A DNA stretch of 63,995 nucleotides, filler included, from Hyphochytrium catenoides (GCA_900088475.1; 12 parts of 12 records of this genome joined end to end with filler, not necessarily neighbours in it), one strand, 5' to 3'. Counted from the whole stretch's first letter, positions 49,031-62,240 are shown. Numbers and translations are program-made. The notes: generated by a model from the sequence alone, not told the origin.

Positions 49031-50572
49031 TCGCTTCTCTCACTCTCTGTGTCTTTCTCTCCCTGTTCTCTTACCTCTATTCGAAGCCTTTCTATGGTCT
49101 TGGCAATGTTCCAGAGCCTGATCCATCCTCCCTCGTCCGCGGACACCAGGAGAAGTGGCTCCGACGGCAGGCGCAGCACAGCGAGAAAGGAAACAGCACA
49201 GCCTGGGAAGAGAGACAAAGGAGAGACATACAGATATGAGAGAGAGAGAGAGACAGAGGCAGAGACAAGGAGTCATAGAGACAGAGAGAGATTAGAAGGA
49301 GAGAGAGACAGACAGACAGACAGACAGAGAGAGAGAGAGAACAGCCGTAAGAGGTGCTCCAAAAGGACCACAAGGACGGGAAGGGTCCTCTTTCCAACTC
49401 CATCAACTAAAAAAGAAATAGCAGAAAACAGTAGCCGAACTCTAACAATGTCCCCCAGCTGTTGTTTAAGAGAGAAAAGTAACGGAAGAGGAGAAGCTGA
49501 GAGAAGAGGTACAAAGAGAGAGAGAGAAAGACAGAGAGAGAGAGCGAGAAAGAAAGAAAGAGGAAGCGAGGGCACACAAAGAGGGAACAGGGAAAAAGAT
49601 GAAAACAAGAATAGAAAAGCGAGACAAAGAGAGAGGTGCGAAAAGAAATAGAGAGCAGAAAGAGCCGGGAGGGAGACAAAGAAAAGGAAGGGAGAGAGAA
49701 GCAGAGGAAGGAAGGACGAGAGCAAAGAGATAAAAAAGAGAAAACGACAGGAGAGACAGGGCCAAGAGATGCTCATGTGTCTCACCCGCGGGCTGCAGTC
49801 GGTGCCTGATCGGGTCTGTCCCTCCGTCTCCGTCTGGGTTCTGGCAGCTGTGCAACGCTTCTCCCTTGGAACCAGGCGGGACTGAAGAAGAGAGAGTGGT
49901 CAGGGAGAGAGGCGGAAGAGGAGAAAGAGAAAAGAATGAAAAGAGGGATCAAACAGAGAGAGAGAGAGAGAGAGAGGTTCTAGGACGTTAAAGAGGCCAA
50001 GAAGGGCGAACAGATCCATGAACTGAACTGTTGGGCTCACTAATATCGACATTTTCGAGAGAGAGAGGGGGAGAGAGAGAGAGAGAGACAAACAAGGGCC
50101 AAGAAGGAGCTTGAATGAGACTGAAATCGGCTAGAAGAGAGAGAGACAAAGAGAGACCAAGAGAGAGACAAAAAATCGATATCTCCTCTCTCTTCCAAAC
50201 TCACTAGCCCAGAAAGTGATAAGCCCGTTGCAGTCCGCAGAAATGAGAAGCGGGAGAGGATCCAGAAAGACGAGAGCAGTTACTTCGCCTTGGTGACCTA
50301 GAACAGACAGCGTCAAAAACATATCCAGCTCTACGCTCTCTCCCTTTTCTGCGTCTTCGCAGTCACTTTCTTCTGCTGTGCAGTTCCGTGTCGCTACATC
50401 TTCTCGCACCCCCTTCCTTCTCTCTCGCTCGCTTCTCTCTCTCTTCCTCTCTCTCTCTCTCGCTGTCTCTCTATCTCTATCTCTTTTGATTTCTCTCTCT
50501 CGCGCGATGTCTGTACTTTCCCCAGATGTGCGAAGCTGCATACATTCTTGTGTTTCTCTTTCCCTTATTTCT

Positions 50573-50620
<48 letters not shown>

Positions 50621-51114
50621 GTCCTTCTCTTTTCTCTCTCTTTCTCACCGGTCAGCACTGCCTCCAGCCTCATCATCTGGAAGTCCCATAGTTTGATGGT
50701 GAGGTCCGAGGAGCCAGTGGCAATCAAGGAAGAAGTGTAGGAGAAAGCGCCGCATGTGATGTCTCTCCCGTGTCCGTTGTCCATCGAACGCAGAGCCGCA
50801 GCTCTTTCTGTCACGTTCTCATCACAGATGACCACTCTTAACATTTGGAAGAGGAGAAAGGAGAGGAAAGAACGGGAAACGGCCAGAGAAAGAAGAGAGA
50901 GAGACACAGAGAAAGAAAGGAGACGGGGAAAAAGATGGAAAGGGTGAAAGGGAGATAGAGAGAGAGAGAAAGAAAGGAGGAGAGAAAAGAGGAGAAGAGA
51001 GAGCCACACAAAGAGAGAAAAAGAGAGAGGGAGAGAAAAGGGAAAGAGAGAAAAAGGGAAAGAGAGAAAGAGAGAAAGAGAGAAAGAGAGAAAGAGAGAG
51101 AAAGGAGAAGAGAC

Positions 51115-51174
<60 letters not shown>

Positions 51175-51532
51175 AACTCACACATTAGAAAGAAAGTAAA
51201 AATAAAAACGTATACGAAAACCGTATGAGATGAGAAGAAGAGGACCTAGCTAAAGAGAACACTCGGGTAAAGATCTTTATAAGACGAGATGGAGGTGAAA
51301 GAGAGAGATATCTCAAGTGGCGTCTCCGTAGACCAGGACAGGCTCAATTATTTAGAGGAGAAATAACAGAGAGAAACTGTCCCAAGAAAAAGAAAAGAAT
51401 ACTACTCTCCTATGAGAGAGAGAGGAGAGAGTAGAAGGAGACAGTTCAAGAGAGAAGGACAGTAAAGAGAGAGAGGTTACTAAGCATTGAGAGACAGTGA
51501 TTAGCTAGAGCAAGAGAGACAGACGAACAGTC

Positions 51533-51582
<50 letters not shown>

Positions 51583-51666
51583 CCTTAGCAGAGCCTCTGT
51601 TCAGCTCCTACCTCCTGTCCCATCCTAAAGATATGACCATCCTGTCCTCGTTGGTGTACAGGACGC
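46561..51666 (-). CDS. WD40-repeat protein, partial (reminiscent of WDR49/EFCAB8-type proteins)
   Basis: VISLGWDR; GHGRDITCGAFSYTSSLIATGSSDLTIKLWDF; GHQGEVTALVF..LISADCNGLITFW; LVSADEGGWIRLWNI; AHKEAI; LITSSADCSVRIWNWKG. Confidence 0.85.
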
Positions 51667-53626
51667 NNNNNNNNNNNNNNNNNNNNNNNNNNNNNNNNNN
51701 NNNNNNNNNNTTAATTAATTAANNNNNNNNNNNNNNNNNNNNNNNNNNNNNNNNNNNNNNNNNNNNCGCAAAAGCTTTCTTCTTCTCCTTCCGCTCCTTC
51801 TTCATGGTGCCCAAAATTTCCTTTGTAAAGATAGATTTGCTTTGAAAGTACAGCATTCTCTTGCCATAATAACCCTTCCACTTCTGCTGTCTTCTGAACA
51901 GATGGGGCACTCATGCTGGGAAAGACTGGGAAGTCAATATTGAAAGAGACAGACGGAGACCACATTCTATTCTATTATTATGGGCAGCTGTAGTTCTTGC
52001 TCCACTCCCAAGTCAACAGGTGGGAAGGTGTAAAGGAGTAGTGGTTGCTAACCCTGATCCTCTAAAGTAATAGTGAGTGAGATTGTACAATACTAGTAAT
52101 ACAAGCCTGCAACTCACCTCCCTGGAAGTATATTGTTGTGTGCTGTCCAAAGCACTGATTCTATGCGGAGTGAGGTGTAGGTTCAGCAACAGGAACTACC
52201 AGGAGTTTGGCATTGAACCTTACTTCATGGTACAAATGTACGGCTTAGAAAGAACTTTTCTGTTGAGTGATAGGCATATTCAATTGAAGAATGGAGACAG
52301 GCTCAAGTTCCTAAAGCAACCTTTGGGAGTCTTCCCTTATCTCATGCAGAATAAGGTAAGCAGTGGCCAACTCTTTCCTTTTCCCCAGTTTCAGGGAGGA
52401 ATGGGACACAGAAAGACTTTGCTAGAATATTCATCCGCCTCCGCATCTCCAGCAGAAAGCCCCTAAGGGATAGCCCCGTTGACTCTGCGTGTCCGACGTA
52501 CCGGGATAGAATGATCAACAAGGTCAATTTGTGTCGTGAGGGTGCCTACACCCAAGGTGCAACGCCCTTCACCATATTATCTGATGTGCTGCAACTACTA
52601 GGAAATAAGACAGCCCCATTTCCTGGGTGGTGAATCAAACCTTAGTGCTCTACGAAGGGGAAAGTACATGAAATCTTCGAAAGTTACGGAGGTCCAAAGC
52701 TTCAAGGTTCTTCTGTACAAATTTTTGGAGGAGAGACAATGAAAGCTTACGGCGGGTCCGAATCTTTGGGCAACTTTGGTCCCGAGGAGCCGAAGAGNNN
52801 NNNNNNNNNNNNNNNNNNNNNNNNNNNNNNNNNNNNNNNNNTTAATTAATTAANNNNNNNNNNNNNNNNNNNNNNNNNNNNNNNNNNNNNNNNNNNNTCT
52901 CTCTCTGCTTTCTCTCTTTTTCTCCCTCCTTTTCACCCCACTCTCCTTCCTCTGTCTGGCTCTGTTTCTCTTTCACGCGGCCTCTCTCTCTCCATCGCTG
53001 GGCCCTCTCTGTTTCTTTGTCTTGTCCCCAAGCAGCTTCTCTGCTCTCTTCCTCAAAACCTTCCTCTCAAGAGAATAGTAGAGAGTAAAGGAGAGACAGC
53101 GAACTTTCTTCTATTTCTTAGCTCATTTGTGTTTCTTTTTCGATGCCTCTCTCTCTCTCTCTATTTCATTCTCTTCTTCATTGCTCTTTCCGTCGTCTCG
53201 TTTTCCTGATGCTTTACTTCTTCTCTCTCCTTTCCTCTCGTTTCCTTTTCATCTTTCACTGCTGCATCTCGTCTTTCCCTCTGTACTCTTTATAGAAATT
53301 GTCTCTTCTCTCACTTCTTACCCTTCTTTTTTTCGTTCTCTCTTCGCTTTCTCTTTTGCTCCCTCCTTTTCCCTCTTTTCTCTCTTCCTCTCTGCTACGT
53401 CTCTCTCTCTTCAATTCTCTCTCTCTTCTCTCCGTCTCTCTTCTATTGCGCTCTTTGCTCACTCGCTCCATCTCTCCTCTCACCGTCTCGTATACACCTA
53501 CATATGTATACATCCCCCTCTCTCTCTCTCTTTTCTCTCTCTCTACCTCGATCCCTCTTCTCTCTCTCTCTTCCCGGGACCCTCCTCTTTTTTCTCTCTC
53601 CCTCTGTCTCTCTCTCTGTCGTCTAG

Positions 53627-54251
53627 GTGCAGACGTGGCTTCAGATGGGCGCGTCAGTAGCGATCGCCTCTTGGGAGGAAGGTCTCGAGAGCACGGAGAA
53701 GGGAAGAAGAGAGGCGCAAAGATTGGCCTCTTCTCTTTCCTTTTTAAAGTACAGAAGCGCCGATTTGGCTGGTCAGCCCTCCGTTTGACTCCTCCCTCCC
53801 CCNNNNNNNNNNNNNNNNNNNNNNNNNNNNNNNNNNNNNNNNNNNNNNNNNNNTTGCCCCTCCCTCTCTCTCTCTTGCCCCTCTCTGCGTCCTTGTCTCT
53901 CCCGAGGTCCTCATTTTTCGACTCTCGTTTCCCCTATCGTTACCTCTCCCCTTCCTCGCTTCTCTCTCTCTCTCTTTTAATCTCTCCCTCTCTTATAAAG
54001 CGTCTCTCTCTCTCTTACTTTCTCTCTCTGGATCAACAGACTTCAGCGAGGATGTGAAGACTTTCCCTGAGGATAATCCTTTTGTGCAGCAGCAGCAAGG
54101 AAGAGGAGCAGGAGCCGTGGGGCTGATGATGGGAGAGAGAGAGGGAGAGAGAGAACTTCTCCCTCTCGACACTCATCCTCTTCTTCTCTTCCTTCAGACG
54201 CTGATGCCATGGAACTCGGTAGCGGGCAACGGGCAACAGCCTCAAGGCTAG
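53627..54251 (+). CDS. TCF25: 3' exons of a TCF25/Rqc1-like ribosome quality-control protein
   Basis: VQTWLQMG..; DFSEDVKTFPEDNPF..HPLLLFLQTLMPWN* resembles the TCF25 C-terminal pattern as recalled (SDFSD..LP..; NP..FL.SLLPW). Confidence 0.6.
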
Positions 54252-55351
54252 AAGACAAAGAGAGAGAGAGAGGCCAAAGAGGAAATGAGAAGAGAAAGAA
54301 AGAGAAGGAGAACTCGAAGCCTGCTTTGCCTAGCAATCTCTCCATTCGAAAAGAAAAGAGAGAGAGAGAGAGAGATTTTGTTCACTCCGTCCTATTACCC
54401 GAGGGATACTTCAGATGGATCCACCATCGTTGTGATGAAATGTGGGGAAAGGAAGAGAAGAAGAGAGAGACAGCGGGAGAGAGAGAGAGAAAGGAGGAGA
54501 GAGACGGTCAAGGAGTTTATAGTACGACTTGCCTGTCTCCCACAATTCAAGAACTGGGAAGAAAGGCCTAGCTCTCTCCCATCCTCTCTCCTCCTCAGCA
54601 CTTTCTACCAAGGGAGAGAGAGAGAGAGAGAGAGAGCGAAAGAAGACAGAGAGAGAGGCGACTCACTTTTCCCTCCTGAAGAGACTCCGTCGGGTAAAAG
54701 CCATAGTTAATAGCAGGGGGTCGATATCCCATAGCTAATATCAGTCGCGAGCAATGCACATATCCTACTAAAAGATAAAAAAATAGAGAGAATGAAAAGA
54801 GAGAGAGAGAGAGAGAGAGACGGAACTTTTGAGTGGCAACGTTGACTACAGAGCTTGCAGACTTTGACTTTATCGATGTCTGCTGCCCTGGGCTGAGATG
54901 TGTGCTCTTCATTCTCCTGCTACGATGCTGCTGCCCTTGGATGTCTCCCAAGAGAGACTGTAGACTTGGCAGTAGCAGCACAAAAGGCAGACAGAGGAGA
55001 GAGCAAGAGAGAGACAGATTATGAAAGAGTGAGAAAGAGAAGCGGAACTAAAAGAAAAGAAGGCTGTCCATGGGATCCAGATGCCTTCTCCTGACTCTAC
55101 AGATAACCGTTCGCTACGAGGCATTGTCTAAGGCATACCAGGACAGCGCCGAGCGTAGAACCGCTTTATCGGTGCATGAGCCTCATCTCCCGTCGTGGTC
55201 AAAGAGAACCCCAACAGAGGAGTGTATAACAGCTGTAAAGGCAAGCTGGTAGAGGTTCGTCATCCTCCACTCTCAGAAGAAACCAATCTCTGAAGAATTA
55301 GAGGCTATTGACAAGCTCCAAAATTGGTTCCACTACCTTTTCCAGAAGGAC

Positions 55352-55581
55352 ATGAACTGCCAGTCGGTCTCACTCAAAAATTTCTCTCAAGAGGCGCAAT
55401 AACATGTGATAGATGTGCTATGACACAGGGAGGGAGAGAGCAGAGCCTCCTTCGACGGGCTATCGCATGTAGATGTGTTATTAGACAGGGAGAGAGAGAG
55501 CAGAGCCTCCTTCAACGGGTTATCGCATGTTATTGCGCCTCTTGAGAGAAAGTTTTGAGTGAGACCCGACTGACAGTTCAT
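55352..55581. repeat. 230-bp foldback element: ~60-bp inverted arms enclosing a ~60-bp tandem direct repeat
   Basis: 55352-55411 is the near-perfect reverse complement of 55521-55581; 55412-55470 resembles 55472-55530. Confidence 0.9.
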
Positions 55582-55771
55582 CGCCCGCGGCAATCTTCAG
55601 GAGCTTTGAGCACATCTTTCCCAAGAGAAATGGCTTCTGATTCGTATCAGTTATCGATAGTGGTTCTTAATGATTATCTGTTACTGATTCTTCTCCTCTT
55701 GATGCAGGCAGAGGTTGTGTGTGTACGAGGGGTTTTCAGCCATCAGAAACCCATCAGAATCGCTCCTCCTT

Positions 55772-55829
<58 letters not shown>

Positions 55830-56105
55830 ACTCTCTCTCCCTCTCTCTCCCTCTCTCTCTCTTCTTATTCCCCCTTCTTCCTACAGTACAACGAGTATGC
55901 CTTTCGTGGTGCTCCTCCGTTTTCTTGCTCGATTGTGACCCTTCTTGCTCTCCGCTGGCTCTCTTTTGCATCTGTGTGTCTCTCTATTCCTATCGGTTTC
56001 TCTGTCTCTCTCTCACCACTCTCTTTCTCTCTCTCTCTTCCCTTGTTGCTTCTTCGGTAGTTGATTTTTCTTCAAGCATTTTCCGATAGCAGCAAGGCAT
56101 GCAAG

Positions 56106-56478
56106 ATGACAGCGCGATATCTTCTTCGAAGGACACGCCACGGGCTTTCTCTCTCTCTTTGTGGGAGGAAAGAGATGCCAAAAGAGAAGAAACTGTTTCC
56201 TCTCTCGTCACCGTTCTCTTCTCTCTCTCCCTTTTCTTCTTCTTCCTCGCCCTATAGAACACAAAGAGCTCGTGTCTCTCCCTTGCAAGAGTCAGAAATC
56301 AGTCTTCTAGTGACAGAAGCGGGAGAGGTGGGAGGGGAGAGAGAGAGAGAGACCATCTTCTTGCTTCCAGGCGCCTTAGGTGTGTGTCTCTCTCCCTCTC
56401 CTCCTGCTCTCTTTCAGTAGCTCTTCTCTTCGTTCATCTTTGCTCTGTTTTAGCTGATGCTGCTCCTGCCTCTTGCGC

Positions 56479-56509
<31 letters not shown>

Positions 56510-57317
56510 TTCTCTTACTCTCTCTCTCTCTTCTCTCTCTTCCTCTCTCTTTCTATCCCTACTCCCCTATTACCTTCACTCCGATCCGTTTTCTCTCTCC
56601 TTGATTCTTACTCTTACTCTCTATTTCGTCCCTTCCCTCAATCTCACTCTCTTCCATGCTCATTCTCATTCCTTTCTTTTGCTCTCTCCTGTGCTATCCT
56701 CTCTCTCTCTCTTTCTCTCTCTCACTCTCTCTCGACGCTCTCAGGGACGGCTCGGACCGACTTTCTCCCTCAGTTGACGGGTCTCTCTTCTTTCTATCAT
56801 CTTCTCTCTCTTGACCCACGCGGATATGGGAGATCCCGTCCGCCAGAGAGAGACTTCTCTCTCTCTTTTCATGAAAAAGACGCTGATGACGTCGCAACAG
56901 TCGCACAGTCGCTGGGGAGAGAAAAGGTAAGTCTTCCTCGTTCTCTCTCTCTCTCAGTCTCTCTCTCTCTCTTCTGGAAGCCCTTCTCTATGCTTGCTTG
57001 CCCTCTCCTTTTGCATTGTCTCCTCTTTGTCTGTCTCTTCTCTCTTACCGCAATACCTCCCGATACCCATCACTTCTCTCTTTTCTTACTCTATCTCTTC
57101 ATCTCTGAATCCCTACACACATCTCTCTCGTTTCTTCTTTCTCTGTCTCTCTCGTTCTAGACGTCTCTCTTTCTGTTTCTCTCTCTCTCTCTCACCTCTA
57201 TTCTAGTTGTGCACTATCGCAAAATTTTGATATTGCCTCCGTCTCTCTCTTTCTCGCTACCTCCTTTCTTTCTCTCTTTTGTCTTTCTCCATCTCTCCGT
57301 TCACTCATATTACTCTC

Positions 57318-57361
<44 letters not shown>

Positions 57362-57622
57362 TTTTCCATAGTTCCATGTACTGGGTTGGAGTGACGGGGC
57401 AAAGACAGCGGCAATACTCGCAGCTAAATATCCCGAACTTGTGGACCGGCTCATTCTCTTTGGAGGAAATGTAAAAAGTCTTCTCTTTTCTTTCTCTTCT
57501 CTCTCTTTCTCTCCAATCTCTCCTCTCTCTCTCTCGTTCTTTGCCATACCCTCACTCCTCGGACATATGTCAATTATTAGTTGATGCCCATAGGATCAAG
57601 AGAGAGAAAGAAAGGGAAAAAA

Positions 57623-57665
<43 letters not shown>

Positions 57666-58331
57666 NNNNNNNNNNNNNNNNNNNNNNNNNNNNNNNNNNN
57701 NNNNNNNNNNNNNNNNNNNNNNNNNNNNNNNNNNNNNNNNNNNNNNNNNNNNNNNNNNNNNNNNNNNNNNNNNNNNNNNNNNNNTCCTGGCCTGAGGAAG
57801 AGAGAAAGAGATACGAAGAGGAATATGGCGCACAGGAGCTTCAGAGACTATGGAGCGGTACATCTCTCTCCTTTCTCTCTCCTCTTGTGTCTCTCCTCTC
57901 TCTCCCCATGTATCTTTCTCTCCCGTCATTTATCGGGCTCTTGCATGTCTTTCTTTCCCTTCTCTCGACCTCTTCTCTTTCTTGGCACCGCTCATGTCTC
58001 TCTCTCTCATTGTTCTCTACAAATTACTCTCTCTCTCATGGTCCTTGTCCAACTTCTTTCTGCTTTGTCTTGTCGAACTTCTTTTTTCTTATCCTCTCTC
58101 TCTTTCCTCCCTCGTTTCCTTCTTCTCACACTTCTTGTTTAATTCTTCCCTTCTCTCTCTTTTCTCTTTCTCTCTTTCCCCTCTCTTTCTCTTTTCCTTT
58201 AAGGGTGGCTCCGGGCTATGGAAAGAATCTATAGAGAGAGAGACGGAGACATTTGCGTAGAATGGCTGGGACAGATACTGAGCAAGACTCTAATTCTTCA
58301 TGGAGAAGAGGTAGATATAACCCGTTCTCTG

Positions 58332-58368
<37 letters not shown>

Positions 58369-59184
58369 CTCTCTATCTGTCTCTTTTTTTATCTTTCCCG
58401 TATTTATACGCACAGGCTTGCTTTGGTCCTCTATTGCTCTTGTCTCTTCTCTGTTATCTTCCTGACCGAACTTGGGAAGTGTCTCTTCTCTTTCTCTATC
58501 GCCGAACTCTTCTTTTCTCTTCTTTTCTCTCCCATGTGTCTCTGTCTTCCTCCTCTAGTCTTCTCTCTCTCTTCTGTTTCTCTCTTTCCATAGTCGCCTC
58601 TCTAACATTTACCGACGTTTAAGCTGATCCCTGCTTCCATTTTTGTGTTTACCACTCTGTCTTTGTTACGTGTCCGCCTCTCTCCTTTTTCTTCTTTTCT
58701 CTCTCTCTCTCTCTCTCTCTCTNNNNNNNNNNNNNNNNNNNNNNNNNNNNNNNNNNNNNNNNNTCTCTCTCTCTCTTTCACCTCCTCTCTCTTGGCCAAT
58801 TCTCTCTCGCTGTCCCGTCCCCTGTGTTTCGCAATTTTGGTCTCCCTCCACACCTGTGTCTTTCCTTCTCATGGCCTCTCTGTCTATCTCTCTTCTATCT
58901 CTCCGTTCCCGCTTTCTCTCAAATCCCTTAAACTTAACACACGCTCTCTCTCTCTCTCTCTCCCTCTCTTATACAAGGACGAAGTCGTTTCCTCGGAGTT
59001 TCATCCTCAATTTCTGCACGAGAGAGTTCCTCATTCCCGTCTCTCTCTCTTGGAGAGAGGGAGACACGACGCTCACCTTCAGTTTCCTGAAGAATTTAAC
59101 AGAAGAATCTTAGACTTTCTCTCCGAAGAAGACGACAAACTCTCTCAGAGCCGAGAGTTTGTTGCCATTCCGAGGAAGAAATAA
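56106..59184 (+). CDS. BPHL: BPHL/valacyclovir-hydrolase-like alpha/beta hydrolase, probably mitochondrial
   Basis: LLPGAL|GTARTDFLPQL..DPRGYGRSRPPERDF..DADD; GWSDG nucleophile elbow; KTLILHGEE|DEVV; GRHDAHLQFPEEFN; R/S/L-rich N-terminus. Confidence 0.92.
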
Positions 59185-60169
59185 CTAAAGAAACGTGAAA
59201 GGAAGAGAGAGAAACAGAGAGAGAGAGAGAAAAGAGAGAAAGAGGAAGGAAATGTCTATCCCCAGCGTGCGTTAAGTAGCAGCTTTCGTAGAAATCTCTC
59301 AAATGGCTAAGAACTGGAGAAAGAGCTTCTCGGGAGAGACTAGAGAAATCGAAAAGAAATAGGGGAGAGAGAGAGAGAGAGACTAAGAGATCGAAGCAGA
59401 GGGAGAGAGAGAAAGCTCTGTCTCTATGGAGAAGAGTTCCTCACCCTTGCGAAGACTGACTCCGGACTTACTTCTATTTCTCTCTCCTGTCTGCGTGACA
59501 CAAACGGGAGAGAATATGGAGAAGAAAGATGAAAAGAGGGAGAGAGAAAGAGGGAGAAAGAAAGATAGGATTGCCGCTTCTCCTCATATCAAAAGCGCCT
59601 ATCTCTAAAGCTGTTTGTACCTCTGTCTATAATCTTTGAAGAAGATTTGACATTATTGCGATTCTCAGGTTTCGTGCCCTACTCTCTCTCTCCCCCTCTC
59701 TCGCTCTTTCTCTCGTCTCTCTCTTTCTCTCTCTCTCGCTCTCTCGCTCTNNNNNNNNNNNNNNNNNNNNNNNNNNNNNNNNNNNNNNNNNNNNTTAATT
59801 AATTAANNNNNNNNNNNNNNNNNNNNNNNNNNNNNNNNNNNNNNNNNNNNAGTCTCGTTATTGCCATCCACATCTACAATCACTGAAGCAAGTCATTATA
59901 AACATCAGGAGAAGGATGCCTTCATCTGCACCAAATCTACCCAACAAGAAGAAGAGGAGGCTTCTCATACCTTCAAGAGCCTCCCCAACTCTTCCATTCC
60001 CACCAACCATGGATCCAACTCTTCCTTTCCCAACCCATCCAGCTCTACCTTTCCGAACCTCGTAGTCAACTCTTCCTTTCCTCATTCACCAACACTTATG
60101 GTCTTCCTTTTGGTGTCCAGTGCTGAGCTCGGTATCTCATGCGTCGGCCTCAGCCGCAGCTGCATTACC

Positions 60170-60680
60170 CCTGTGGCACCTGCAGTCTCTTTGCGTCTTC
60201 CCCTGCGGCACCTGCAGTCTCTTCTGCGTCTTCCCCTGCGACACGTGAAGTCTCTGTGTCTTCCACTGCGGCTACAATATCTGTCTCTCTCCCTGCAGCA
60301 GCTGCAGTCTCTATGTCGTCTCCTCTTGCAGTCGTCTATATGTCTCCTCTTGCGGTCCATGTGTCTGCTCCTGCCGTCTATGTCCTCTTGCAGTCTCTGT
60401 GTCTCTTCTTCCTGCGCCAAGTGGAGCGTCTGTGTCTCCCTNNNNNNNNNNNNNNNNNNNNNNNNNNNNNNGCGGCTGCAGTCTCTGTGTCTCCTTCTGG
60501 GGCAGCTAAAGAGTCTATGTCCTTCTTCCCTGCGGCGGCTGCCATCTCTGTGTCTCGTCCGGCGGTGGCTGCAATCTCTGTGTCTTCCCTGCGGCAACTG
60601 CGGTATCTGTTTGTTTCAGTACATCGGCTGAAGTATCTGTTTCCCTACATCGGCTGAAGTATCTGTTTCCCTACATCGGC
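60170..60680. repeat. Imperfect ~27-33-bp minisatellite (ctgcagtctctgtgtct..cctgcggc) ending in near-perfect 28-bp units
   Basis: Repeated units visible; ctgaagtatctgtttccctacatcgg twice at ~60628-60679. Confidence 0.75.
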
Positions 60681-61139
60681 CCTACAACAAGCGGCTTCGT
60701 ACACCTTCAATTGAGGGCTCTCAGACAAGCGACTTTGATAGCCGCTTCTTTATGTGGACGTGGATTGCAGGACTACTTAGGAGTCATCAAAATTCCATTA
60801 GAACATGTTTGGTTTAGCAAGAGAACAGCACCTGACGCTGCAGTGGATTTGTGGTAGATATCGCTAGTAGTACAGCGATGATGGAAAGAGGACACGACCT
60901 CACTGGAATATAGAAACTTCTCTTTTCTGTAGGAAAACTGTCTGGAACTCAACTGGTAGTAGTCATCCAGGATAAGGAATCTGGTCAAATCAATGCATAA
61001 AGAAGAAAGAAGTATCAAATAATAACTGTTTCATGCAGTGAGTGACCTTTTCTCTGAGGAATAATGAAAGGGGGGGGGGGNNNNNNNNNNNNTCTCCCGA
61101 ACGCAGGGGCTTTTCTCCCGGCTGCACCTATTCGCTGGT

Positions 61140-61810
61140 TGCAATTGGAGCTGCTTCGCCTTTGGTCTTCAGGGTGATGTTGTGGCGATTTCCAGGTATC
61201 CCTCTGGTGCGCACTCCAGCTTCTTGCCTGTCTTGTTCGCGGGCAATGGATGCCTTTGGCAATCATGGCATAGAGTGTACAAGACCTTCTCTTTCATGCT
61301 TTTATGGACTCTGGTCTCAGAGCTCCGACGAACCTCGTCTTCTTCCAGGCCCCAATCAGAAGCCTAGAGATTTGTTGGTTGGTGGCTTCTCAAGTTCCTA
61401 TCAGTACACGGCCTTTGATGTGCCTTTGACGTGTCCGTCACGGATTCACTGCTATCCAGAACCCTTCCCTATGCAACAATCCATGCCGGCTATCAAGGTC
61501 GATTCTTTAATGCGAAAGCGAGGTTGAGGAAGTAGAAGTAGTAGGAGGGCCCGTGGCAGGCTGTGGGGCTGCAGTTTGTGCCGCTAATCTGGGAGTCTTT
61601 TGGTGAAGCTATAAATACCCTATGTCTTTGGACTGTGTGCAACAGGTGGTTAAGCTTCAGTGTGATCATGCCGCTCTTGGTGCTTCTCCCCATCATCGTC
61701 ATTGGTCCCGGTTGGCAAAGGCTCTGACTCTTCTCATACTACCAGCCGAAACTCTTTCTTCGCGATTCATGAAGAGAATGCGCAACAGATTCTTCTCTAT
61801 AGCTCTTCAA
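61140..61810 (+). mobile_element. Relic 3' end of an RLE-clade (CRE/SLACS-like) non-LTR retrotransposon
   Basis: CLSCSRAMDAFGNHGIEC zinc knuckle; QKPRDLLV..TAFDV (RPAD..D-V endonuclease pattern); GLQFVPLIWESFG in another frame containing stops. Confidence 0.75.
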
Positions 61811-62007
61811 CAGTTGGATCCCGCTCTTGCTTGCCTGAAAGACCGTGGTGATGATGATGGTCTTGGCGCTACACCCTCTTCTTCTCCTCCTCCATCTCCT
61901 ATTGTTACTGCTGAGGACTTCAACTATGAATTTACTTCCCTTCTCCGATAATGATAGTGGAGGAATGAGCGTGCTGGAGCTCCAGGACTTTGTAACGTTT
62001 GCTCTTC

Positions 62008-62240
62008 ATTTTCAGATTTTCTTCTTCTTCTGTTACTTTTTCTTCGTCTTCGTAGTATTATTCTTATAGCAGTAGCTAACAGTAGTCAAATCAAAGGGAA
62101 ATAAAGGGCAATAGTTCTTGTCTCTTCCTTTTCAGATTCTCTTCTTCTTCTCTTGTTACTTTTTCTTCGTCTTCGTAGTATTATTCCTATAGCAGTAGCT
62201 AACGGTAGTCAAATCAAAAAGAAATAAAGGGCAATAGTTC
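62008..62240 (+). repeat. Tandem duplication of about 110-120 bp downstream of the retroelement relic
   Basis: ttttcagatt.tcttcttcttc..gttactttttcttcgtcttcgtagtattatt..tatagcagtagctaac.gtagtcaaatcaaa..gaaataaagggcaatagttct occurs twice. Confidence 0.9.
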
